This document shows, in pieces, positions 1-8,418 of a stretch of 64,000 nucleotides of DNA. This stretch comes from Candidatus Nanoarchaeia archaeon. Its GTDB lineage: Archaea > Nanobdellota > Nanobdellia > Pacearchaeales > GW2011-AR1. Under the pieces are notes generated by a model. The model ran no database searches. It was not told the origin of the DNA and saw nothing but the letters and a program-made list of their open reading frames with translations. The translations under genes and the position numbers were made by a program. The stretch lies in assembly GCA_028711165.1 (NCBI GenBank), contig JAQTST010000001.1, positions 149,872 through 213,871 on the forward strand. The letters run 5' to 3'. Positions within the stretch are counted from its first letter, which is position 1. Every line of letters starts with the position of its first letter.

Positions 1-137
1 TTGTGTGTTCGCCGTTTGATGCATATAAATGCATGATGGGAACAGGAATTGATTGTTTAGTTATGGGAAATTTTCTTATTAAGAGAGAAGACAATTTAAG
101 AGATGCGTGGGACAGTGAAAAAATAGCTAAAGATTAA
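1..137 (+). CDS. C-terminal fragment of a carbamoyltransferase (NodU/CmcH-like); 5' part outside window
   Basis: Frame 3 is open from the window edge to TAA at 135-137. The translation VCSPFDAYKCMMGTGIDCLVMGNFLIKREDNLRDAWDSEKIAKD resembles the conserved C-terminal block of NodU/CmcH carbamoyltransferases. A DUF5989-like small ORF, a usual companion, lies 1.1 kb downstream. Confidence 0.45.
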   Translation, partial: VCSPFDAYKCMMGTGIDCLVMGNFLIKREDNLRDAWDSEKIAKD

Positions 138-162
138 TAAATTTTATTTCTTAGTTAATATA

Positions 163-1254
163 ATGGAGACGGATAAAAAAAAGAAGAGAACAAACATCTT
201 ATTATTGCTTGGTGTTATAATTCTGTTCTTTGTAGTTTTTGAAATAGTATTAAGATTATTTAATTACCCCAATTACGGATTTCAGGAGGGAGTTTTTGTA
301 AGCGACGATGTCGTGGGGTATAAACTTTCTCCTAATTATGAAGGTGTTCAATCTGTTCCCGGGAAAATGTTTGGGCTGAAAACCAATAGCAAAGGTTTGA
401 GGGACGACAGAGAATATAATTATGAAAAAAGAGAGAACATTTCAAGAATATTAATTTTGGGAGATTCTTTTGCTTTTGGTAACGGGGTGGAATTGAAAGA
501 GACTTATGCAGAGTATCTAAGAGAATTATTCTCCAATCAAAGTGTTGAAGTTGTAAATCTCGGTGTTCCGGGGTATGGAATAAATAATGAATATCTCTCT
601 TTTATCGAGGAGGGATATAAATATAATCCTGACATTATAATATTAAATTATGTAACAAATGACTGGAACACCCACCAGATATCAGAAGACGAGTTTGGGA
701 ATGAAGTAGTCAACAAGAGCCATACACTTTCTGCCAACGACAAGGGAGTGCTGATTTCATCTTTTAAAATATCCAGTTTAGTATCTATTCACCACCATCT
801 GCTTTTCAATCTAAGAACTTATAGTTTTTTTTATTCCCAATCCCGTTTATTATTATCCAATGTGGTAGATAAATTTTTGAAAAATCAGGGAGTTCCAACT
901 TACTTCCTGGATAAGAACTCTCCTGAATACCAACAAGCTTACGATGGTTATTCTTCTTTAATAAAAAAATTAGACGAAAGCACGAATGCTAAAATAATCA
1001 TCCTTGTGGGCCCGAGCAGAGATGAATTATTAAATCAAGAGCAGATTCAAGAGGCATACAATCTTAATTATGAAATATCGCCTGACCAAACTCAAAAAAG
1101 TGTTGAGGAAATTGCAGACAAATTGAACATACAATTTTTACGGGTTTATTCGCAGGACCCGAATATCTTCATAAAAGTAGACGGGCATTGGACTCCTGAG
1201 GGACATAAGATGGTAGCTGAAGAAATATACAAGACTATTAATAAAAATTTATAA
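163..1254 (+). CDS. membrane-anchored SGNH/GDSL-family hydrolase
   Basis: N-terminal TM helix (ILLLLGVIILFFVVF). GDS block ILILGDSFAFGNG and C-terminal DGHWTPEGH (DxxH) block, both typical of SGNH hydrolases. Confidence 0.7.
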   Translation: METDKKKKRTNILLLLGVIILFFVVFEIVLRLFNYPNYGFQEGVFVSDDVVGYKLSPNYEGVQSVPGKMFGLKTNSKGLRDDREYNYEKRENISRILILGDSFAFGNGVELKETYAEYLRELFSNQSVEVVNLGVPGYGINNEYLSFIEEGYKYNPDIIILNYVTNDWNTHQISEDEFGNEVVNKSHTLSANDKGVLISSFKISSLVSIHHHLLFNLRTYSFFYSQSRLLLSNVVDKFLKNQGVPTYFLDKNSPEYQQAYDGYSSLIKKLDESTNAKIIILVGPSRDELLNQEQIQEAYNLNYEISPDQTQKSVEEIADKLNIQFLRVYSQDPNIFIKVDGHWTPEGHKMVAEEIYKTINKNL

Positions 1255-1276
1255 ATGTAAAAAGTTTAAACAAATT

Positions 1277-1453
1277 ATGGAAGAACAACCACAAATCAAA
1301 AATCGGGGGATGATAAAAGAAGTATGGGATTTTTTAAAAGTAAGAAAAAAATGGTGGTTGTTGCCAATAATTATTCTTCTCGTTTTGACAGGAGCTTTGG
1401 TATTCTTTAGCCAGGCAAGTTCAGTGTCTCCTTTTATTTATGCTTTGGGTTAA
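1277..1453 (+). CDS. DUF5989-like small membrane protein (58 aa, below ORF-track cutoff)
   Basis: ATG 1277, TAA 1451-1453. Translation MEEQPQIKNRGMIKEVWDFLKVRKKWWLLPIIILLVLTGALVFFSQASSVSPFIYALG. The RKKWWLLPII...PFIY pattern matches the small proteins usually encoded next to carbamoyltransferase genes. Confidence 0.55.
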   Translation: MEEQPQIKNRGMIKEVWDFLKVRKKWWLLPIIILLVLTGALVFFSQASSVSPFIYALG

Positions 1454-2253
1454 TGTTCCTTATATCTTCCTCTTTTTTCCACGGCTTTTAATCTCTCGAG
1501 AACTTTTTGTGATTCTTTATAATTTTTGTAACCTTCAATAACTTCTCTGAAAAGTATCTCCCAATTTTTGAAATGCTTTGCTTCCATCGCCTGTTTTAAC
1601 AAATGCAAATCAACTGCTTTGTCTTCAATTTTTCTCGAAATATAACCGAGGCCGAAGTCTATGAAGAAAATAATTGGCTCGCTATCGCTCGCGATTGATT
1701 GCTTCGCGCCAGACTTTGTCAAGGCGCTTCGCTGAGATTTTGTTAATCCGGATAAATCTTTGTCGCAGGGTTCAATTATTGGAATATTTTCCTTTTTAAC
1801 TTTAGATTTATCAACTAAAATCATATTGCTCGTCGTCAAATCTCCGTGAATTATATCTGCGTCGTGAAGCTTTGCAATTTCCTGTCCAATTATTTTACAG
1901 ATTTCTTTTTGTTTTTCTAATGGGAAAGAATCGAGATGCTCTGAGAGTTTTTCCCCTTCGATGAAAGGCATTATTATTCTTTCTTGCAACTTCGCTCGTT
2001 CATCCCGCCCTCCCTCCCGATGCGGAATTAATTTGTACTCGCGAAGTTGTTCTTCATTTAATGGTTTCGGAGCATTGATTATTTTTGAAGCTTTTTCAAG
2101 GAGTTTTTTTTCTGCTTTTGTTCTCTGTTTTCGGATTTTGTCGTCGAGTTCTTTTATTCTGTAAGACTTGGAAATTCTATCTTTAATAATCAAGTTATCT
2201 TTCAATTCAATAACTGCTTCTGCCCCTCTGGCAAGGATTAATTGATTTTTCAT
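1450..2253 (-). CDS. bud32: Bud32/RIO-type serine/threonine kinase (KEOPS subunit) carrying two extra segments
   Basis: Motifs LARGAEAVI, HGDLTTSNMIL and IDFGLG, with a C-terminal helical tail. Two segments are extra relative to the compact Bud32 fold: repeat A1 at 1988-2048 and a ~45-aa insert between HGDLTTSN and DFG. Confidence 0.8.
   Translation of the reverse strand: MKNQLILARGAEAVIELKDNLIIKDRISKSYRIKELDDKIRKQRTKAEKKLLEKASKIINAPKPLNEEQLREYKLIPHREGGRDERAKLQERIIMPFIEGEKLSEHLDSFPLEKQKEICKIIGQEIAKLHDADIIHGDLTTSNMILVDKSKVKKENIPIIEPCDKDLSGLTKSQRSALTKSGAKQSIASDSEPIIFFIDFGLGYISRKIEDKAVDLHLLKQAMEAKHFKNWEILFREVIEGYKNYKESQKVLERLKAVEKRGRYKEH
1988..2048 (+). repeat. family A hairpin/C-tract element, copy A1 (inside bud32 CDS)
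   Basis: AACTTCGC...GCGAAGTT 8-bp terminal inverted repeat. The core CCCGCCCTCCCTCCC (2004-2018) has four C3 runs with 1-nt spacers. Aligns with copies at 5394, 33273 and 47519. Confidence 0.8.
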
Positions 2254-2320
2254 AGTATAACTCCCTGTTTTTTGAATATAAACTTTTTGATAAATTTAAA
2301 TATGAAATTATGTTAGGACT

Positions 2321-2962
2321 ATGATGGATTTGGTTGGGATTGTAAATTTTTTTCTTAATCTTGATACTTCACTTGCAGGACTAATAAGCACTTATGGGGT
2401 TTTTGTTTATGTTCTGCTTTTCCTTGTTGTCTTCGTCGAAACTGGTTTGGTTATCATCCCTTTTCTTCCGGGGGATTCTTTCCTTTTCGCAGCAGGAACT
2501 TTTGCGGGGATTGGTTCATTAAATTTATTCCTGATTTTTGTCTTGCTTTCTTCTGCCGCAATTTTGGGAGACAGTCTGAATTATTTTATAGGAAAATATG
2601 TCGGGCCGAGGGTTTTCAAAAGTGATACCTCGAAATTTTTCAAGAAAGAACATTTAATCAGTGCAGAAAAATTCTACGAAAAACACGGAGCAAAAGCAAT
2701 TGTCTATGCAAGATTTATTCCTATCATAAGAACCTTTGCACCTTTTGTTGCGGGAATAGGAAAAATGAAATACAGAAAATTTTTATTGTTCAATATTTTT
2801 GGAGGAATTTTATGGGTTTCTCTTTTTGTTTTTGGAGGATATTTTTTCGGGAACATTCCTTTAATCAGAGAAAATTTTGAATTAGCTATTTTGACAATAA
2901 TTTTTATTTCATTAATTCCACCGTTAATTGGATGGATTAAACATAGGAAAAAATCATCTTGA
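2321..2962 (+). CDS. DedA/VTT-domain membrane protein
   Basis: FVETGLVIIPFLPGDSFLFAAG and RFIPIIRTFAPFVAGIGKMKYRKF motifs with multiple TM helices. Confidence 0.85.
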   Translation: MMDLVGIVNFFLNLDTSLAGLISTYGVFVYVLLFLVVFVETGLVIIPFLPGDSFLFAAGTFAGIGSLNLFLIFVLLSSAAILGDSLNYFIGKYVGPRVFKSDTSKFFKKEHLISAEKFYEKHGAKAIVYARFIPIIRTFAPFVAGIGKMKYRKFLLFNIFGGILWVSLFVFGGYFFGNIPLIRENFELAILTIIFISLIPPLIGWIKHRKKSS

Positions 2963-3445
2963 AAGTTCCTTTTTCATCTCGCAGATAATCTCATTTGCTT
3001 TCATGTTTAATTTTTTCATATTCTCTTTTAGCTGTCCGATTATCTTTTCTCTTTCACTCTCTTTTATTTTTTCAAGTTCAGAAAATATTTCTTTTTCTAT
3101 CCTTACAAAATTTACAATTTTTTCTGAGAGGCTTCTTGTGTCAAAATAGAGCGGACTTGATTTTATCAGGAAATTTTTCCTTGCCTGTTTTAACTCCGCG
3201 ATAATCTCATTTGTCTCTTTATTATTTTTTGAACATTCTATCCTGCCGATTATCTGGTGATACATTCTTCTGTTCTCCTCGATTGTCTCGGCTATTTTTT
3301 CGAAATATTCTAATTTTTTCTTGAAGATTAAATCTTTCCGATTATGCTCCATATTAATTCTCTGATTAATCTTCGGGCTTACTAATGTTCCGACAGCTAT
3401 ACCAATGACTGCCATGATTGCAGTTAAGTAAGGAGTGATGTCCAT
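2954..3445 (-). CDS. hypothetical membrane-anchored coiled-coil protein
   Basis: N-terminal TM helix followed by K/E-rich helical sequence. Good ORF in a coding-dense context; no recognisable domain. Confidence 0.5.
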   Translation of the reverse strand: MDITPYLTAIMAVIGIAVGTLVSPKINQRINMEHNRKDLIFKKKLEYFEKIAETIEENRRMYHQIIGRIECSKNNKETNEIIAELKQARKNFLIKSSPLYFDTRSLSEKIVNFVRIEKEIFSELEKIKESEREKIIGQLKENMKKLNMKANEIICEMKKELSR

Positions 3446-3464
3446 GGAGAAGGAATTAATGGGG

Positions 3465-3545
3465 AATTTTTAAAGATATTTGCACTCGCTGACACTCGTG
3501 AATTTATTTGAAAATTTTATCCGCCTTCGGACAGAATAAAATTTT
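3465..3545 (+). repeat. solo family-B-like GC-rich element (not next to a tRNA)
   Basis: GCACTCGCTGACACTCGTGAA shares the ACTCGTGAA core with the B copies. Hairpin ATTTTAT-CCG-CCTT-CGG-ACAGA-ATAAAAT. Flanked only by the short repeat ATGGGG (3459-3464 and 3546-3551). Confidence 0.35.
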
Positions 3546-3557
3546 ATGGGGGTGTAA

Positions 3558-4001
3558 TTATTGAATATTCTCTTTATGTTCTATATACCATGCTGAAATT
3601 AAAACTATTGAATAACTGACAAACCCTCCCATAAAAAAAGTTATGCTCATTGCACCAACTACCCTATTTAGCTCGGAATTAGAAATTAAATAATATATTC
3701 CTATTAATAGACTAATCATCATAAATATACAAGATATTAAAAATGGTTCTACGAGGATCTTAAATTTAGAACTTTTCTCTATTTGAAAAGCAATAAATCC
3801 TGAGCTTAACATTGATAATGCTAACACTATTATTATTTCTTTTAAAAATTCCTTTGAGATCTTTTGGGATAAATTAAAATATAAAGATATTCCAAGAATT
3901 AAAACTGAAATTACTAATAATGCCCAGTATATCTTTGGGATAATTTTATTTAGATTTGATTTCTTATTCATTGATTCAACTTTAACTCTTCTATAACCCA
4001 T
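3558..4001 (-). CDS. hypothetical polytopic membrane protein
   Basis: Four predicted hydrophobic helices. ORF abuts srp54 (4 nt gap). Confidence 0.5.
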   Translation of the reverse strand: MGYRRVKVESMNKKSNLNKIIPKIYWALLVISVLILGISLYFNLSQKISKEFLKEIIIVLALSMLSSGFIAFQIEKSSKFKILVEPFLISCIFMMISLLIGIYYLISNSELNRVVGAMSITFFMGGFVSYSIVLISAWYIEHKENIQ

Positions 4002-4004
4002 TCT

Positions 4005-5378
4005 TTAAAACCTCTTCATCTTTTTTCCGAACTTCTTTGCAAACTTCATCATCTGCTTTTGTGACATTCCTTCTGACATGTCTGCATTCCCAACACCAGA
4101 CTTAATCATGTCGTTGAGAAGTTTGTATTGCTTGATAAGAGAACGAACATCAGCCGTCGGAACTCCTGCACCTTTTGCTATTCTCGCGATTCTTGAAGTT
4201 TGCTTTTCCAAAAGTTCTGGGTTTTCTTTTTCCTCAGCCGTCATTGATTTTACAATATGCTCCCACTTCGCAACTTTGGCTTCCTGACTTTCTAACTTGC
4301 CCTCTGGAATTTTTGCCTTGACATCTGACAATCCCGGAATCATTGATTTGATTTTTTCAAACCCGCCCAGCGACGACATTGACTTGACTTGTTCGATAAC
4401 ATCGTCGAGAGTCAGTTTTCCTTCTTCAATATTTTTCTGAATTTTACTCTGCTGGCTTTCTTCTGTTACTGATTTTATTTTTTCAATCAGGGTTTCCAAA
4501 TCTCCCATCCCCAAAAGTCTGGCGAGGAACGAGCCCGGATTAAATTCTTCGATGTCATTTATTTTTTCCCCTGTTCCAATAAAATAAACTGGTGCCTGAG
4601 TTTCTGCACAAGCTGTCAGAGCTCCTCCTGCTTTTGCTGTCGAGTCCATTCTTGTAATAATAACTCCTGAAATATCAACAGCGTCCTTAAACTGAGAAGC
4701 CTGCTGTTTTGCTGCCTGCCCGATATCTGCGGGAATAACTAAAATTCTTTCTGTTGGTTTTATCTCCTTATTGAGAGATTTTATTTCATCAATTAATTCT
4801 TTATCTAAAGTGTGCCTTCCTGCTGTATCGACGAGAATTAAATTATAATCTTTCAGCTGCTTCGAATATTTTTTCCAGAGCTTGACTGGATTTTTTTCTT
4901 CAGCGTCGATAAAATAATTCAGTTTGTGTTTTTCTGCGAGCTGTTTCAATTGCTCTGCTGCTGCAGGACGATGAACATCCAATCCTACCAAAGCAACTCT
5001 GAATCCTCTCTTGGCGTAATAATTTCCTAACTTTGAAATTGTCGTAGTCTTTCCGCTTCCGTAAAGTCCGAGAAGAAGAACAATATTTTGTTTCCTATCT
5101 AATTTTAACTGCTTGTATTCTCCGAGAATTTTCAGAAGTTCGTCGTGAAGAAGTTTGATTAAATGCTCTTTTTTTTCTATGCCTTTAACTCTCTCGTCCA
5201 TTGCGGACTTTTTTATCTTGTCGCTGAGTTCTTTTACTAACGCCACATTGACATCTGCTTCAATGAGCGCTCTCTGCAATCCTTTTACAATTGAATCAAG
5301 CAAATCCTTGTCGAGAAATATAGCATTCGCTATTTTGTCAGTTGCTTTTTTTATTGCTTCTCCAAGTTTCTCTAGCAT
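4005..5378 (-). CDS. srp54: signal recognition particle protein SRP54
   Basis: GTPase motifs GLYGSGKTTT, DTAGR and TRMD, plus a Met-rich C-terminal M domain. Start placed at MLEKLGE (ATG at 5378) because the 10 upstream codons of the track ORF run into repeat A2. Confidence 0.95.
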   Translation of the reverse strand: MLEKLGEAIKKATDKIANAIFLDKDLLDSIVKGLQRALIEADVNVALVKELSDKIKKSAMDERVKGIEKKEHLIKLLHDELLKILGEYKQLKLDRKQNIVLLLGLYGSGKTTTISKLGNYYAKRGFRVALVGLDVHRPAAAEQLKQLAEKHKLNYFIDAEEKNPVKLWKKYSKQLKDYNLILVDTAGRHTLDKELIDEIKSLNKEIKPTERILVIPADIGQAAKQQASQFKDAVDISGVIITRMDSTAKAGGALTACAETQAPVYFIGTGEKINDIEEFNPGSFLARLLGMGDLETLIEKIKSVTEESQQSKIQKNIEEGKLTLDDVIEQVKSMSSLGGFEKIKSMIPGLSDVKAKIPEGKLESQEAKVAKWEHIVKSMTAEEKENPELLEKQTSRIARIAKGAGVPTADVRSLIKQYKLLNDMIKSGVGNADMSEGMSQKQMMKFAKKFGKKMKRF

Positions 5379-5393
5379 TGTATTATTGTTAAG

Positions 5394-5454
5394 AATTTCG
5401 CTCGTCAATCCCGCCCTCCCCGTCCAGAGGGAATTAATTAGTACTCGCGAAATT
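5394..5454 (+). repeat. family A hairpin/C-tract element, copy A2
   Basis: AATTTCGC...GCGAAATT terminal inverted repeat, inner TCCC/GGGA stem, core CCCGCCCTCCCC. 61 bp, the same length as A1. Confidence 0.8.
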
Positions 5455-5506
5455 GGAAATTTATAGAAAAATGAGCCAAATGAGAGTTAATAAATTTGTG
5501 GTTTGA

Positions 5507-5701
5507 TTACTTTTTCTTTCCAAGAATAAAAATAACAATTCCTGCAAATATCAGCAAAGGACATACAGCAAAGCCAATAATTCCACTTACTATTGTTGCC
5601 CAACTTGCAGTGAACATTGCCTGATTTCCAAAAGTTACAAAATTAATTGCAAAAAGCAAAAATGCTCCAATAATAAAAATCCATCCCACCTTTTTTTCCA
5701 T
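5507..5701 (-). CDS. hypothetical small membrane protein
   Basis: Two hydrophobic helices in 64 aa. No similarity recognised. Confidence 0.4.
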   Translation of the reverse strand: MEKKVGWIFIIGAFLLFAINFVTFGNQAMFTASWATIVSGIIGFAVCPLLIFAGIVIFILGKKK

Positions 5702-5812
5702 GAAAAGAATAAGAGAAGGGGATTTAATAATTTATTGTTTAATTTATAACCCCAACCTTTCGATAAACTTTTCCTCCGGTGTATTTTTGAAAAAAATCAT
5801 CGCAGCAAAAAT

Positions 5813-7033
5813 TCATAATCCTAGTCTTTCTATGAATTTTTCCTTGTCAAACGGTTCTATCTTGTTATATTCCTGTCCTGTTCCGAGATAAAGAATTGGT
5901 TTTTTTGTTACGTAGCCGACGCTGAGTGCGGTTCCGCCTTTTTCATCGATGTCTGCTTTTGTGAGGACAATTCCGTCAATTCCTATTGCCTCGTCGAAAC
6001 TTCTGACTTGCTCTATTGCATCATTTCCTGTTATACTTTCACCGACAAAAACTTTTTTATCCGGCTTGCAGACTTTCACAATTTTTTCCATTTCTCTGAT
6101 AAGATTTTTCTGAGTGTGCATTCTTCCTGCTGTATCAATAAGCACGCAATTAATTTTATTTTTTTTCGCATACTGAATCGCATCAAAACCAACACTTGCC
6201 GGGTCGCTTCCATAGTCGTGTGCGATAACTTTCACTCCGATTCTTTCCCCGTGAGTTTTTATCTGTTCAATTGAAGCAGCACGAAAAGTATCGCCTGCAG
6301 CAATCACGCAGGAAATTTCCCGATGTTTCAAATTCTCTGCAATCTTTGCAATCGTCGTCGTCTTTCCTGTCCCGTTAATCCCGCAGAATAAAATAACATA
6401 AGGCTCATTTGAACTCAGAAATTTATCTTTTATCTCGACAGCAAGATTCGGAGGCTCGATTAAAATATCTCTTATTATATCCTTGAATGATTCATTGATT
6501 TCACTCTCGATTTCTTTTTTCAAAAGTTCTTCATTGACTATTTTCTTTTTCAAATCTCTCACAATTTTTTCTGCAACTTCAAGCGCGACATTATTCTCAA
6601 GAAGAAGCATTTCAAGTTCTTCGCCGTAAACGTCAAACTCTTTCTCAGAAATTTTTACTTTGCTTATTTTTTCCCCGAACTTCTGGAAAATTCCTTTTTT
6701 CTTTTCTTCTTCTGTTTCTTCCTCTTTTAGAACTATTTTCTTCTCTTTCTCTTCTCTCTTCTCCTGTCTCTTTTTTTCCTTGGCGTCTTTTTTTTCCTTT
6801 TTCTTCTGCTCTTTCTCTTCTTTTTCTTCTCTTTTTAATTCCTTTTCCGATTTTTTTGTTTCCTCTAACTCTTCCCGAACTTTCTCCTTAATCTCTTCTT
6901 CTGCTTCTTCTTCAGCCTTCTGGCTAAGTTTTTGCGTCCAGTTTTTCAGTTTTTCTTTCAGTTTGTTAAACATATTTTTAGAAGTCTTTAATTGGTTATT
7001 AAGTTTTTGGATTATTGTCTTCAAAGTGAACAT
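5813..7033 (-). CDS. ftsY: SRP receptor FtsY
   Basis: NG domain motifs GINGTGKTTT, DTAGR and TKAD. K/E-rich N-terminal A domain. Alternative start at MFNKLKEK (6973). Confidence 0.95.
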   Translation of the reverse strand: MFTLKTIIQKLNNQLKTSKNMFNKLKEKLKNWTQKLSQKAEEEAEEEIKEKVREELEETKKSEKELKREEKEEKEQKKKEKKDAKEKKRQEKREEKEKKIVLKEEETEEEKKKGIFQKFGEKISKVKISEKEFDVYGEELEMLLLENNVALEVAEKIVRDLKKKIVNEELLKKEIESEINESFKDIIRDILIEPPNLAVEIKDKFLSSNEPYVILFCGINGTGKTTTIAKIAENLKHREISCVIAAGDTFRAASIEQIKTHGERIGVKVIAHDYGSDPASVGFDAIQYAKKNKINCVLIDTAGRMHTQKNLIREMEKIVKVCKPDKKVFVGESITGNDAIEQVRSFDEAIGIDGIVLTKADIDEKGGTALSVGYVTKKPILYLGTGQEYNKIEPFDKEKFIERLGL

Positions 7034-7117
7034 AAATTTTTATAAAGAAAAGAGACTTTGCTAAGACATGAAAGTAAACGAGGTGAAGTTTTCATTCATT
7101 CGTCACAGGAGTGCCAA

Positions 7118-8362
7118 ATGAAGGGAGTGGTGGTAATTGTTGACGGAATGGGAGATTTGCCCTGTGAACAGCTCGGGGGGAAGACGCCTCTTGAAGCTGC
7201 TGAAATGCCTAACGCTAATTTTCTTGCTTCGCGAGGGGAACTTGGATATATGTATCCTGTGAAACCGGGGTTTGTTCCTGAATCTGACGAGGCTGTTGTT
7301 TCTCTTTTTGGAAATGAATTAATTTCCTCGACGAGAGGACAATTAGAAGCGAGAGGAACAGACATAAAACTTGTCAGGGGAGATTTGGCTCTGAGAGCTA
7401 ACTTCGCGACGATTGATTCAATTGAATCAGGAAATATTCTCGACAGACGGGCAGGAAGAAACCTTTCAACAAACGAGGCAGAGATTCTTGCAAAAGCGCT
7501 GAATAAAGGAATCAAATTGGAATCCCCATTTATTTTCAAGGCAACAATCGGACACCGCGGAGTTTTAGTTTTCAAGGGCGGTTTTTCAGATAATGTTTCA
7601 GGAAATGATATGGTTTACATTCCTGGACAGGCAAAAATTTCAGACAAAATTTCCCCGATAAAACCTCTTGATGAAGAAGACAATTCGCAATACACTGCAA
7701 ACATAGTAAATTCATTTTTGGAAAAAGCATTTGAGATTCTTAATAATCATCCTGTCAATGAAAGGAGAAGAGAGAAAGGACTTTTGCCTGCGAACTTTCT
7801 TTTGGTTAGGGGGGCTGGGATTGAAGTTCCTAAATTAAAAAATTACAAGAAGTGGGCTTCGGCTTCTTACATGCCGTTGGAGAAAGGATTTTCCAGAATC
7901 TGCGGGATGAAAACTTATTCTTTTGATTATCCTAAACTGAGGGGAATAGATGTTTATGCAAATTTATGGGAAGGGCTGAAAAAAGCCTGCAAGTTTTCTA
8001 TTTCTGTCATCAAGAGAAGCAAGAGAAATTCTGATTATGTTTATGTTCATATCAAGGAAACTGATTTGCCAGGACACGACGGGAAACCGATTGTAAAAAA
8101 AGAAATGCTGGAATATATCGACAAGACTCTTTTTAATTTCCTCAGAAAATTCGCGCCTCCAAATAATATCAATGTTGTGATAACTGCAGACCACTCGACG
8201 CCGTGCAAAACAAGAATGCATTCTGCTGACCCTGTTCCTGTTCTTTTTTACAATCATGAAATTCCCAAAGAAAAAAAATTTAACGAGAACGAGGCGAGGA
8301 AGGGGAAACTCGGAAGAATTTTGGGGAAAGAACTTTTGGGGAAAGTGAAGTTTGGAAAATAG
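7118..8362 (+). CDS. apgM: 2,3-bisphosphoglycerate-independent phosphoglycerate mutase, archaeal ApgM type
   Basis: MKGVVVIVDGMGD N-terminus and ITADHSTP metal-site motif. Start moved to ATG 7118. Confidence 0.85.
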   Translation: MKGVVVIVDGMGDLPCEQLGGKTPLEAAEMPNANFLASRGELGYMYPVKPGFVPESDEAVVSLFGNELISSTRGQLEARGTDIKLVRGDLALRANFATIDSIESGNILDRRAGRNLSTNEAEILAKALNKGIKLESPFIFKATIGHRGVLVFKGGFSDNVSGNDMVYIPGQAKISDKISPIKPLDEEDNSQYTANIVNSFLEKAFEILNNHPVNERRREKGLLPANFLLVRGAGIEVPKLKNYKKWASASYMPLEKGFSRICGMKTYSFDYPKLRGIDVYANLWEGLKKACKFSISVIKRSKRNSDYVYVHIKETDLPGHDGKPIVKKEMLEYIDKTLFNFLRKFAPPNNINVVITADHSTPCKTRMHSADPVPVLFYNHEIPKEKKFNENEARKGKLGRILGKELLGKVKFGK

Positions 8363-8418
8363 TTTTTTACTAAATAATTAGAATAAATATTTATATACCC
8401 CATTATATATTTTGTAAT

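Noticed and set aside
5813-7033. The K/E-rich ~100-aa stretch of FtsY (about 6700-6950), considered as a possible repeat insertion.
   Set aside because: Charged low-complexity A domains are normal for FtsY. There is no nucleotide similarity to repeat families A-D.
6660-7064. Long plus-strand ORF (134 aa, Ser/Phe-rich) inside ftsY. Similar cases are 34141-34614, 34307-34516, 43377-43718, 42478-42975 and 26294-26557.
   Set aside because: All are low-complexity Ser/Phe/Leu-rich antisense shadows of Lys/Glu-rich coding sequence in well-supported genes (FtsY A domain, wH protein linker, TFE tail, S8e). There is no independent coding evidence.
7096-7575. Minus-strand 159-aa ORF within apgM, and the similar 53923-54459 within gatE, 10210-10707 within the GINS gene, and 40590-40976 within alaS.
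   Set aside because: They are antisense to genes with clear catalytic motifs, and none has a recognisable motif of its own.
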